Shown here: piece after piece, positions 1-9,224 of the stretch
How the letters are laid out: each line of letters opens with the position of its first letter
Numbering within the stretch: position 1 is the stretch's first letter
From: Betaproteobacteria bacterium
GTDB taxonomy: Bacteria > Pseudomonadota > Gammaproteobacteria > Burkholderiales > Rhodocyclaceae
Length of the DNA: 64,000 nt
NCBI GenBank assembly: GCA_009779265.1
Contig: WREP01000005.1
Location: forward strand, 13,478 to 77,477
Reading direction: 5' to 3'
Notes under the pieces: model-generated
Told to the model about the DNA's origin: nothing
Database searches by the model: none
Seen by the model: only the letters and a program-made list of their open reading frames with translations
Program-made: the position numbers and the translations under genes

Positions 1-297
1 GATGAGGCGGTGGCGCAATTCACCGAGGCGCTGAAGCTGCGCCCGGATTTCGCCTTGGCGGCGAACAACCTCGGCTTCGTCTACTACCGGCAGCAGCGTT
101 ACGCCGAAGCGGCGCGCTGGCTGGAGAACACCTTGAAAATCGACCCGTCGCGCGCGGTGGCTTACCTCAACCTTGGCGACGCCTATTTTCAGGGCGGCGA
201 CAGGGTGAAAGCCAAGCAGGCCTACGCCACCTATCTGGAACTTCAGCCGCAGGGCAGCGGCGCCGACCAGGCGCGCGCCCAATTGCAAAACCTGTAA
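1..297 (+). CDS. TPR-repeat protein, C-terminal fragment (5' end outside the window)
   Basis: Frame is open from base 1; tandem TPR-like helices (ALAANNLGFVYY, AVAYLNLGDAY); stop 3 nt before waaG. Confidence 0.8.
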   Translation, partial: DEAVAQFTEALKLRPDFALAANNLGFVYYRQQRYAEAARWLENTLKIDPSRAVAYLNLGDAYFQGGDRVKAKQAYATYLELQPQGSGADQARAQLQNL

Positions 298-300
298 ACC

Positions 301-1422
301 ATGCAACTCGCTTTCTGTCTCTACAAATATTTCCCCTACGGCGGCCTGCAACGCGATTTCCTGCGCATTGCCCTGGCCTGCCAGGCGCGCGGCCATGCGG
401 TGCGGGTTTATACCCTGAGTTGGAGCGGCGATATTCCAGAAGGCTTTGAGCTTATCCGGGTGCCGGTCAAGGCTCTCACCAATACCCGCCGCTATGCGAA
501 ATTCACCGCCTGGGTGGCGCGCGACTTGCAAGCGCGACCCGCCGGGCGCGTCATCGGCTTCAACAAGATGCCGGGGCTGGATTTTTATTACGCCGCCGAT
601 CCTTGCTATGAAGAAAAGGCACGCACGCTGCGCAATCCCTTCTATCGCCTGTCGGCGCGGTACCGGCATTTCGCCGCCTACGAGCGGGCGGTGTTCGCGC
701 CGCCGAGCCGGACCCGGTTCCTGATGATCTCGCGTATTCAGCAGACCCTGTTCGAAAAGTATTACGGCACCCCGCACGAGCGTTTTCATCTGTTGCCGCC
801 GGGCATTGCCCGCGATCGTCGGGCGCCGCCGGAGGCGCCACGCATTCGCGCCGAATTCCGCGCCGAGTTCGGGCTGGCTGAGAGCGATTTGCTGCTGCTG
901 CAAGTTGGCTCGGATTTCAAAAGAAAGGGCTTGGACCGCTCGTTGCGGGCGCTGGCCGCTCTACCCGACGATCTGCGCCAGCGGGCACGCCTGATCGCCA
1001 TCGGCCAGGACGAACCGAGCGTCTTCCTGAACCTGGCGCGCTCGCTCGGTCTGGGCGAGCAGGTGAGTATCCTGCCGGGACGCGACGACGTGCCGCGCTT
1101 CCTGCTTGGAGCCGACCTTTTTCTGCATCCGGCCTACCACGAAAACACCGGCACCGTGCTGCTCGAAGCCTTGGCCGCCGGCTTGCCGGTGCTGTGCACG
1201 GCGGTTTGCGGTTACGCGCATTACATTGCCGAGGCCGACGGCGGCCTGGTCATTCCCGAACCCTTTGCCCAGGTGGAGATGGATCGCCTGCTCCAGCGCG
1301 CGCTGCGCGACGACGACGAGCGCCGCCACTGGCAGGCCAATGCCTTGGCCTTCGCCGAAACCGCCGACATTTACAGTCTCGTTGAACGGGCGGTGGATCT
1401 GATTCTGGCGGAGCGCGGCTGA
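301..1422 (+). CDS. waaG: LPS core glycosyltransferase, GT4 (WaaG/RfaG)
   Basis: N-terminal LYKYFPYGGLQRDF and ENTGTVLLEA motifs typical of WaaG; overlaps waaP by 1 nt (TGATG). Confidence 0.92.
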   Translation: MQLAFCLYKYFPYGGLQRDFLRIALACQARGHAVRVYTLSWSGDIPEGFELIRVPVKALTNTRRYAKFTAWVARDLQARPAGRVIGFNKMPGLDFYYAADPCYEEKARTLRNPFYRLSARYRHFAAYERAVFAPPSRTRFLMISRIQQTLFEKYYGTPHERFHLLPPGIARDRRAPPEAPRIRAEFRAEFGLAESDLLLLQVGSDFKRKGLDRSLRALAALPDDLRQRARLIAIGQDEPSVFLNLARSLGLGEQVSILPGRDDVPRFLLGADLFLHPAYHENTGTVLLEALAAGLPVLCTAVCGYAHYIAEADGGLVIPEPFAQVEMDRLLQRALRDDDERRHWQANALAFAETADIYSLVERAVDLILAERG

Positions 1423-2240
1423 TGACGGCGGAGCTTGTGCTCGAAGCGCCGTTTGCCGAACTGTGGGCCGGCCAGGATCCCTTCGTCGCTGTCGAGGCGC
1501 TACGCGGCGAGGTTTTCCGCGAACTGGAAGGCCGCCGCACCCTGCGCACCGAGGTCGCCGGGCGCGGCTATTTCGTCAAAATTCATCGCGGCATTGGCTG
1601 GGGCGAGATTTTCAAGAACCTGCTTTCCCTGCGCCTGCCGGTGGTGGGGGCGGCCAACGAATGGCAGGCCAGCCGCCGCCTGACCGATGCCGGCGTTGCC
1701 ACCCTGCGTGCCGTGGCCTATGGCCGGCGCGGCTGGAATCCGGCCCGCCAGCATTCTTTCGTCGTCAGCGAGGAACTGGCGCCGACACTCAGTTTGGCGG
1801 ACTTCTGCCGCGACTGGCCGCAACAGCCGCCGCCCTTAGCCTTGAAACGGGCGCTGATCGCCCGCGTTGCCGACATGGCCGGGCGCATGCACCGCGCCGG
1901 CATCAATCACCGCGATTTCTACATCTGCCATTTCCTGCTGCATCTCGATCCGGCGCCGACGGCGGCGGACTTCCGGCTGTCCCTCATCGACCTGCACCGC
2001 GCTCAGTGCCGGCCGGCGACGCCGCGCCGCTGGCGCAACAAGGATCTGGCCTCGCTGTATTTCTCGGTGCTGGAAATCGGCCTCACCCAGCGCGACTTTC
2101 TGCGCTTTTTGCGCGCCTATTTCCTGCGCCCGCTGCGCGACATCCTGCGCGACGAGACGCCGCTGCTGCGCCATCTCGTCCCCGAAGGCGAACGCCTGCT
2201 GGAACGTTACCGGCGCAAATTCGCCCCGGGCGTGCAATGA
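1422..2240 (+). CDS. waaP: LPS core heptose(I) kinase
   Basis: GEVFRELEGRRTLR, HRDFYICHFLL, LIDLHRA and RWRNKDLASLYFS motifs of WaaP/RfaP. Confidence 0.93.
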   Translation: MTAELVLEAPFAELWAGQDPFVAVEALRGEVFRELEGRRTLRTEVAGRGYFVKIHRGIGWGEIFKNLLSLRLPVVGAANEWQASRRLTDAGVATLRAVAYGRRGWNPARQHSFVVSEELAPTLSLADFCRDWPQQPPPLALKRALIARVADMAGRMHRAGINHRDFYICHFLLHLDPAPTAADFRLSLIDLHRAQCRPATPRRWRNKDLASLYFSVLEIGLTQRDFLRFLRAYFLRPLRDILRDETPLLRHLVPEGERLLERYRRKFAPGVQ

Positions 2241-3688
2241 ATCCGCAGCAAGCCGATCCGGCCTTGCCCGTCGAGGTGTCGCTGGAAGATTTGCGTCAGG
2301 CCGGACGACAGCCGGCCTTGCCCTTCGCGCTGATGCTGGCCGACGGCAGCCGGCTGGAATTCACCCGCCTGCTGCGCCTGCTGCCGGGTAAGCGTCTGGC
2401 CGGCTTGGCACTCTGGAATGGCCAGCCGGTGTTCGCCAAGCTGTTCATCGGTGCCGATGCGCCACGGCATGGCGAACGCGAGCGCGCCGGCCTGGCGGCG
2501 CTGGCGGCCGCTCGCCTGCCGACGCCCGCCGTGCTTTTTGCCGGCAAGGTCGGCGAAGTCGGCTATCTGGTACTCAGCGCGTGGCTCGACGGTGCGGCGA
2601 CACTCAATGAACAAGCCCTGTCGCCGCGCGATCCCGAACCCTTGCTGCCAGCCCTCGTCCTGCTTGGCCGCCTGCACGCAGCAGAGCTGGTGCAACACGA
2701 CGCGCATCTGGACAATTTCCTGCGCCATGATGGGCGGCTGCTGTTGATCGACGGCGACGGCGTGCGTCCGCTCAATACGGAAGGCGATTGCCTCGCCAAC
2801 CTGGCCCACCTGCTGGCGCAACTGATTCCTGCCTGGGACAGGCAGCGCGACCGGCTGTTGCAAGCCTACGGCCATCCGGTCGACGTCGGCGCGCTGGCGG
2901 CGGCGGTGGCGCTCGCCCGGCAGCGGCGGCTGAACCATTTCCTCGCCAAAACCGTGCGCGATTGCAGCCAGTTCGCGGTGTACAAAAACTTCCGGCGCTT
3001 TACCGCTGTGTTGCGTGAAGAAGTGCCGGCGCTGCAAACCCTGCTGCAAGACCCGGATACGGCGATGGCCACCGGGAAATTGCTCAAGGATGGCGGGACC
3101 TGCACGGTTGCCGCCGTCGACATCGGGGGCCGGACGCTGGTGGTCAAGCGCTACAACCTCAAGCACTGGCGTCACGCCCTGTCGCGCCTCTGGCGGCCAA
3201 GCCGCGCCTGGCATTCGTGGCAGGCGGCGCATCGCCTGGCCTATTGCGGTATCGCAACGCCCAAGCCCTTGGCCATGAGCGAAGAGCGCATTGGGCCGCT
3301 GCGCCGTCGCGCCTTCCTCATCACCGAGCATTGCCCCGGCGCTAATTTGCTCTCCCTGCTCGACCCGGCGCAAGAACCCGAATCGGCCATGCAGGCGGCG
3401 CTACGCGAATTATTCGCGACCCTGTACGAATTGCGCATCAGCCACGGCGACCTGAAAGCCACCAACCTGCTCTGGCATGACGGCCAGATCGTACTGATCG
3501 ACCTCGACGCTCTGACCCAGCACCGCTCCGAAAAAGCCTTCGCCCGCCTCTGGCGGCGCGACCGCGCCCGCTTTGTGCGCAACTGGCCGGCGGATTCGGT
3601 GCTGGCACAATGGCTGGAGCGGGTATTGCCCGGCCAGCCCGTGAGGCAAAAGGGGAAGCTTTGCACAAACCACCGCCACACAGCATGA
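2237..3688 (+). CDS. LPS kinase (Kdo/WaaP family) with two tandem kinase domains
   Basis: ATG at 2237 overlaps the waaP stop (ATGA); two catalytic-loop sets, HDAHLDNFL..LIDGDG and HGDLKATNLL..LIDLDA. Confidence 0.8.
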   Translation: MNPQQADPALPVEVSLEDLRQAGRQPALPFALMLADGSRLEFTRLLRLLPGKRLAGLALWNGQPVFAKLFIGADAPRHGERERAGLAALAAARLPTPAVLFAGKVGEVGYLVLSAWLDGAATLNEQALSPRDPEPLLPALVLLGRLHAAELVQHDAHLDNFLRHDGRLLLIDGDGVRPLNTEGDCLANLAHLLAQLIPAWDRQRDRLLQAYGHPVDVGALAAAVALARQRRLNHFLAKTVRDCSQFAVYKNFRRFTAVLREEVPALQTLLQDPDTAMATGKLLKDGGTCTVAAVDIGGRTLVVKRYNLKHWRHALSRLWRPSRAWHSWQAAHRLAYCGIATPKPLAMSEERIGPLRRRAFLITEHCPGANLLSLLDPAQEPESAMQAALRELFATLYELRISHGDLKATNLLWHDGQIVLIDLDALTQHRSEKAFARLWRRDRARFVRNWPADSVLAQWLERVLPGQPVRQKGKLCTNHRHTA

Positions 3689-3878
3689 TTGGGGGCAATC
3701 GAGTCGCAGTCATTCATGGTGTCGAAGTGATGAATCCGATGCCGCCAACCGCGAGCGCGGGACGGTCATCGCACACGCTGATCGCAGCATCTGGCCTCAC
3801 TGGAAACACGGGCAAACAACTGTGTTCCGGAGGTCGTCCCATCGCGGCGGTCAATGGAAAAATCATCTGGGGTAAATA

Positions 3879-5096
3879 ATGGGTTGTTCGTTGCCAAATA
3901 CTTTTTCGTCATGCTCTGAAAAAATCAGTGATTTTCTTGGCTCTCGGGTATTTCCAGTCGGTCTTTTTTTACTGCTGACGGGAATGTTCTGGATTGGCAG
4001 ACATGGGCTTTACCCCAAGGTTTTCTATTGGGCGGTCTTGCTTCCCACTGTGTTCTCGATAGCCAGCTCCCCATGCCGCCTACGGCAGCTCGCGTCATCG
4101 CGGGTTTTCCTGGCTTGCCTCGTGTTTTCCGGCTATGTGATGCTGTCGTCCCTATGGTCGGAAAGCGAGAAGAGCACGATTGACTTGGTAAAGATTCCAT
4201 TTTTTGTTCTGTTGCTTTTTTATTTCGTTATGGAACTGGGGCGCCAACGCTTCGATCTTCTCGTTGCAACGGTAAAGTGGGCGGCTGTATTTGCGGTTGC
4301 TGCTGGAATATATATGCTGGGGATGTTTTTCGGTTTCGGGGGCAGTGACCGGTTTGCAGGCTATGGTGCGTTTTACAATCCGCTATTGGTTTCCCATGTT
4401 TTCGGGTTTTATCTGGCATGGTGGCTGGGCATTTATTTTTCCCGGTGCCAGCTATTCGAGCCTCTGACGCTGGTCATGATTCTGGTTCTGGTCGCTTTGT
4501 TGCTGGCAACTGGGTCACGGACGCCATTGGTTGCCATGACGGCAACGATATTCTGGTTGGCGGCAGTCGCCAGGAATCGCCAGGGGGTGCTGGCCTTCGC
4601 TGCACTGGTAATCGCTGTTGCCGCGATTCTCCTGTTGGCGCCGGAAATGCTCATGCAGCGTGGTTCATCCTATCGCACCGAAATATGGGGGAACGTTCTG
4701 CGGCAAATCGGTGAAGCCCCTTGGTTTGGCCATGGGTTCGATACGCCGCTACGAATATGGATCGAAGGGATTCCTTACCCTTTTTGGGATCCACATAATC
4801 TCACCCTGTCGGTTCTTTTCGATGGCGGCGTCAGCGGCGGCCTGCTTTGGCTGGCGCTTTACCTGACCGTCTTGCTGGAAAGCTGGCGTTGGCGCAGCAA
4901 CCCATGGGTGATGGCCTGCTCGGCAACCGTGATTTACGGGCTGATGGCGGGAATGACCGAGGGCGGGGCCTTTTTCTCCAGGCCGAAAGAACACTGGTTT
5001 TTGATCTGGATACCGTTGGCACTGCTTGCTGCTGTAATTCAGCAGGCGAAAGCGACGGCTGGCGCCACTCAGGAAACGACGGGCGCGAACGGGTAG
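3879..5096 (+). CDS. O-antigen ligase family (WaaL-like) membrane protein
   Basis: About 12 hydrophobic segments; ATGSRTP, SYRTEIW, PWFGHG and DPHN motifs of Wzy_C/O-antigen ligases; visibly AT-richer than its flanks. Confidence 0.8.
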   Translation: MGCSLPNTFSSCSEKISDFLGSRVFPVGLFLLLTGMFWIGRHGLYPKVFYWAVLLPTVFSIASSPCRLRQLASSRVFLACLVFSGYVMLSSLWSESEKSTIDLVKIPFFVLLLFYFVMELGRQRFDLLVATVKWAAVFAVAAGIYMLGMFFGFGGSDRFAGYGAFYNPLLVSHVFGFYLAWWLGIYFSRCQLFEPLTLVMILVLVALLLATGSRTPLVAMTATIFWLAAVARNRQGVLAFAALVIAVAAILLLAPEMLMQRGSSYRTEIWGNVLRQIGEAPWFGHGFDTPLRIWIEGIPYPFWDPHNLTLSVLFDGGVSGGLLWLALYLTVLLESWRWRSNPWVMACSATVIYGLMAGMTEGGAFFSRPKEHWFLIWIPLALLAAVIQQAKATAGATQETTGANG

Positions 5097-5944
5097 CGCA
5101 ACAGACTGGCGAATGTTCGCCTGTTCCAGGCGCGCAACGGGAGTTGCGCCAAAATTTCCCCGGCCAGCTTTTTATCGCGCCGGGAGGATTTGACGAGCAT
5201 GGAATTGAGGAAACGGCAGCGGACCTGTTCGTAGTCCGGGTGGTCGGCATAATCCTGATAAATGCGCAGAACGCTTTCCGTCATGAAACGAATGTTCTTG
5301 TACGTATTTGTCGGGTGTTTCCGGTAGCGGGCGCAAAGATGATTGAGAGCGTCGATGACGTAGCCGGCGTGGGTGATCTTGAGTTGGATGTAGAGATCTT
5401 CCAGCCGTATCTCCGGGTTGAAGCCGCCAACCCGGTCAAAAGCCTCGCGCCGGATGAGCATTGTCGGGGCGGGGATGAAGATTTTTTGTTCGAGGAAGAC
5501 ATCCTCGAAATTCAAGCGGCGGTGAGGCGCGTCCCGGTCTTGTGCCGCATCGGGGTAGAGTGTTCCGTCGGCGTGCATCAGTTCGATGTTGCCGCCGCAG
5601 ATGCCGACCTCGGGCTTGTCGGCGATATAGGCCATTTGAACCGCCAGACGATCGGGATACATGATGTCGTCGGAGCCGAAAGGTGCGAAAAAAGCCCCCT
5701 GGCTGCGGGCGACGGTTTCGTTGAGGGTACGCGTCAGTCCCTTGTTTTTTTGCACGCGAAAGTCGAATGGGTGCGATTCGCGCAGTTTTTCGATGCGTTT
5801 TACGCTGTCGTCCGACGATCCATCGTCCACAACGAAAAGTTCGACATGCGGGTAACTCTGATCGAGCACGCTCATGATGGCCTCTTCGATGTAGGGGCCA
5901 TGGTTGTAGGAAGCGATGATGACCGAGACGAGATCGTTGTTCAT
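5069..5944 (-). CDS. Glycosyltransferase family 2
   Basis: MNNDLVSVIIASYNHG, VVDDGSSDDS, GSDD (DxD-like) and EDLY motifs; start taken at ATG 5944 (alternative 5998). Confidence 0.88.
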   Translation of the reverse strand: MNNDLVSVIIASYNHGPYIEEAIMSVLDQSYPHVELFVVDDGSSDDSVKRIEKLRESHPFDFRVQKNKGLTRTLNETVARSQGAFFAPFGSDDIMYPDRLAVQMAYIADKPEVGICGGNIELMHADGTLYPDAAQDRDAPHRRLNFEDVFLEQKIFIPAPTMLIRREAFDRVGGFNPEIRLEDLYIQLKITHAGYVIDALNHLCARYRKHPTNTYKNIRFMTESVLRIYQDYADHPDYEQVRCRFLNSMLVKSSRRDKKLAGEILAQLPLRAWNRRTFASLLRYPFAPVVS

Positions 5945-5978
5945 TGCGAAGTTGCTTGCTCGGGGAAAGGGATATGTC

Positions 5979-7148
5979 TCATTCAGCCATGACGCCATGC
6001 GCCGCGAGCGCCTGCTCGACGAGCGCGCGGTAGGCCGCCCGGTATTGCTCGATGGTGTGATGCGCTTCCAGGTAAGCGTAAGCCTGCTCGCCCTTGCGCC
6101 GAAGGGCTTTCTCGTCAAGACCCAGATATTGGGCGAGCGCGGCTGCCAGGGCGTCGGCGTCTTCTGGCGGCACGGAAATGCCGCCCGCGCCATCGACGAA
6201 TGTTTGCATGGCCGGGATGTCGGAGGCGATGACCGGCAACCGACCGCACGCTCCTTCCAGCAAGGCGCGTGCAAATCCTTCAACCAGCGACGGCATGGCC
6301 CAGATATCGAAGGCGCGGATGTAACGCATGGCGCGAGTTCGCCAGCCGAGCAGATGAATCCGGTCGGCGAGGCCATGTTGTGCCACAGTTTCGCGCAATA
6401 CGGCTTCCTCCCTGCCTTCGCCAATGATGGCGAGATGGGCGTCGGGGTAGCGGGTGGCCATGGCGGCGAAGGCCCGAATCAGATACACATGCCCCTTGGC
6501 GGGCGTCAGGCGTCCGATGGTGCCGATCAGCCGGGCTTCCTGGGGTAGCCCCAGCTCCGCCCTGGCTTCTTCGCGATGTAACAACATGTCCTCGACGAGT
6601 TTGATGTCTATGGCATTGGTGATGGCGACCGTGTTGTCGCGGGCAAAGCCGCAACCCAGGCCGGTCAGGTAATCGCGCACCGCTGGCGAAACGCCGACGA
6701 AGCGCCAGTTGGGGCGAAGCGAGGCGGCGAAGCGGCGGCGGCGCTGGAAAGTATCGTACTCGCCGGAGATATGCGAAATGCCGATGCAGACCGGAATGCG
6801 CCACCAGCGGTTGATGGTCATCAGCAGGTTGACGGGCTTGTAGCGATTGCAGATGACGACGTCGAATTTCCCCGCGCGGCAATAGCGCCACAGGGCGTGG
6901 AGCGCACCGAGGCGCAGCCCGCGCATTGCCCTGTCCGGCAACTCGAAGTAATGGACGTGCTCGGCGCAGCTTTTGGGCTGATCGGGCGTGGGCCGTCCTT
7001 GCAGGAAGGCCGAGGTGACTTCATAGCGATCCCTGGGGAAGGCGGCGACGATCTGCTCGGCGAGATCGGTGGGGTCGTGCGAGCGGTCGTGGCATTCCGG
7101 CTGCAATTGCAGGATGCGGATACGCTGGGATATTGGCTTTTCGCTCAT
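5979..7148 (-). CDS. Glycosyltransferase family 4
   Basis: GT-B C-terminal motifs IGRLTPAKG and PSLVEGFARALLEG. Confidence 0.88.
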   Translation of the reverse strand: MSEKPISQRIRILQLQPECHDRSHDPTDLAEQIVAAFPRDRYEVTSAFLQGRPTPDQPKSCAEHVHYFELPDRAMRGLRLGALHALWRYCRAGKFDVVICNRYKPVNLLMTINRWWRIPVCIGISHISGEYDTFQRRRRFAASLRPNWRFVGVSPAVRDYLTGLGCGFARDNTVAITNAIDIKLVEDMLLHREEARAELGLPQEARLIGTIGRLTPAKGHVYLIRAFAAMATRYPDAHLAIIGEGREEAVLRETVAQHGLADRIHLLGWRTRAMRYIRAFDIWAMPSLVEGFARALLEGACGRLPVIASDIPAMQTFVDGAGGISVPPEDADALAAALAQYLGLDEKALRRKGEQAYAYLEAHHTIEQYRAAYRALVEQALAAHGVMAE

Positions 7149-7149
7149 G

Positions 7150-8187
7150 TCAATCTGCTATCGAAGCAAGCATGTCTGTCGCGCGCTGCCGCCAGGTGTG
7201 CGCCTTGCAGAAGGCGGCGTGGCCGTTCAGAGCGATTTGCTGGCGTTCTTCGGGGTGGGCGAGATAGTAGCGTACCTTGTCGGCCAGTTCGGCGGCCGAG
7301 CGATAGGTTTCGATTTCCTCGCCGACCTTGAACAGTATGGCCAGTTCGTCGCAATGGTCGGTGAGTAAAAAACAGCCAGCGGCCAATGCCTCGAAGATGC
7401 GCAGGTTGATGCCGGTTTCGGCGCCGTAGAAATCGGCGCGCGTGATGTTGAGGACGATTTTGGCCTGCCCGAGCAGCCGGTGCAGTTCCGCGCCCCAGAC
7501 CGGGCGGTCGTCGACGCGCGCCCACAGCGCCGCCGACATCAGCGGCTTGTTGCGCCGCCAGCGGTTGCCCCGGATGCCGACATGGTCGCGGATACCTTCG
7601 AGCAGGAAGATGCGCCGCAAATCGCAACTGCCGACGAACAGGACATCGATGGAGGGTTCGTCAGCAATGCCCTCGATCGGCTGTGCGCCAAAAGGTAGGA
7701 AGCTGGCTTTCAGGTTGCGGGTATCGCGGAAAAAACGGGTGGTGACCTGGGAGCAGGAAAAGATGTGGTCGTAGGCCGGCAATTCCTGTTCGATGAAGAA
7801 AATGAATTCCCGCCGCCGCCTGAAAAGATTGCAGGTGTCGGTATCGTAAAGCAGCAGCTTGGCGCCCGCCTGATCGGCCAGCCGGCGCAGCAGTTCAGGA
7901 TCGAAAAACTTGTAGATGAAGCCGACGACCAAGATGTGGCTGGGCTGTTCGCGGGCGATCAGTTGCCGGAGATCCTGCTCCCGCAACTTGGGCAGGAAGG
8001 TGAAGCCATCCCTATCCGCCATGCGGTTGCGTGTTTTGGCGTAGGCCGAACGGATGCCGTAAAGCGGGCGCGCGGTTTGCCGCAGACAATCGAAATGGGC
8101 GCAGGCAACACCGAGTTCCGAAAAGGTCTCGGTTAGTTCCCGGCCAAGCGGAACGCCGCTGATGCCGTCGAGGAAAAGAAATTTCAT
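7150..8187 (-). CDS. CgeB-like (Glyco_trans_1_2 type) glycosyltransferase
   Basis: ATG at 8187 overlaps the upstream stop (ATGA); DVLFVGS, KIVLNI, NLRIFEALAAGCFLLTD and GEEIETY motifs. Confidence 0.78.
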   Translation of the reverse strand: MKFLFLDGISGVPLGRELTETFSELGVACAHFDCLRQTARPLYGIRSAYAKTRNRMADRDGFTFLPKLREQDLRQLIAREQPSHILVVGFIYKFFDPELLRRLADQAGAKLLLYDTDTCNLFRRRREFIFFIEQELPAYDHIFSCSQVTTRFFRDTRNLKASFLPFGAQPIEGIADEPSIDVLFVGSCDLRRIFLLEGIRDHVGIRGNRWRRNKPLMSAALWARVDDRPVWGAELHRLLGQAKIVLNITRADFYGAETGINLRIFEALAAGCFLLTDHCDELAILFKVGEEIETYRSAAELADKVRYYLAHPEERQQIALNGHAAFCKAHTWRQRATDMLASIAD

Positions 8188-9224
8188 GATCGGGATGGCG
8201 GCGCGTAACGATCCACCGCAGCGAGTATTTGGCGTACCGGGATGAAGGGTTTCCAAGCGTTTTCACCGAACCGGGACAACGTCAGCAGCGGGCAAATCAC
8301 CGTGCCCGCGGACCAGTCGGGACGCCAATTGAATCGCGGATTTTTCTTGCGGTAAAGGGTGATGGTCGGAATGCCGAGAAAGGAGGCGAGATGGCCGTTG
8401 CCGGAATCGTTGGCGACCAGGCAGCGCGATTCGAAAATGAAGGCCGCCAGGGCGTCGATGGTGTCGAAACGGGGAACGGGGAAGTTCCCTTGGGCCAGAT
8501 CCCGCCAGCGGTCGTGATTTTTCGGCGCGACCACGATGTGCGGCTCATAGCCGCGAGCGCTCAGGCGACGGCATAGTTTCAGGAAACGCCACGGCGTCCA
8601 GTCCTTCTTTTCCGGGCCGGCGGAATCGGGGCTGACCACGACCCGGCGGTGGTATCGGCGATGCGCCAGATCGGGCGGCGGCGTCAGGGGAACCTGTTTG
8701 TCCGCGTGGGTCAGGCCCATCCGTGCGCGCATGTAGTCCACCGTGATGGCGACGACGCTTTCGCCGTCGAAGTGTTTGTAGCGGATGGAACCGGCGCTTT
8801 TCAGCAATTTGCCGAGTTGCGCGTGCACGGCTGCCGGGCAGCGCTCCCGGTTGCTTTCCGTATGGTCGTGAACCCAGGTTTCGGGCGCTTTCTGGCAGAC
8901 CAGCAGCCATTTTTGGCGCAGTATTTCGATGCTTTCCGGCGTCATGGCGTCGCGCATGAATTGCGGTGGGCTGCAAATGACCAGATCGAAGCCGGCAAGC
9001 GCCTGATCGAATTCGTCGCGCGCCGGATAGGGCCGGATATCGAGTTGCGGCAGCCAGCCGCGCATCTGGTGGAGCAGATCGCCGAAATAAGTGACCGCGA
9101 AGCCGGCGCGTTGCAGATTGACGGCCATCATCGCGTACAGCAGACCGTCGCCCAGCGAATTGAAGGCGACGATGGCGATGCGGGCGGACGTTGCCGCCGA
9201 CGGCTGGCTGGGGTTGGCGTTCAT
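8184..9224 (-). CDS. Glycosyltransferase family 9 (heptosyltransferase-like)
   Basis: SLGDGLL near the N-terminus; KKDW and VANDSGNGHLASFLGIPTITLY GT9 motifs. Confidence 0.8.
   Translation of the reverse strand: MNANPSQPSAATSARIAIVAFNSLGDGLLYAMMAVNLQRAGFAVTYFGDLLHQMRGWLPQLDIRPYPARDEFDQALAGFDLVICSPPQFMRDAMTPESIEILRQKWLLVCQKAPETWVHDHTESNRERCPAAVHAQLGKLLKSAGSIRYKHFDGESVVAITVDYMRARMGLTHADKQVPLTPPPDLAHRRYHRRVVVSPDSAGPEKKDWTPWRFLKLCRRLSARGYEPHIVVAPKNHDRWRDLAQGNFPVPRFDTIDALAAFIFESRCLVANDSGNGHLASFLGIPTITLYRKKNPRFNWRPDWSAGTVICPLLTLSRFGENAWKPFIPVRQILAAVDRYAPPSRS

Noticed and set aside
3610-3879. 89-aa ORF bridging the kinase and the O-antigen ligase gene
   Set aside because: It overlaps the kinase end, has no motif or clear SD and could arise by chance; not supportable.
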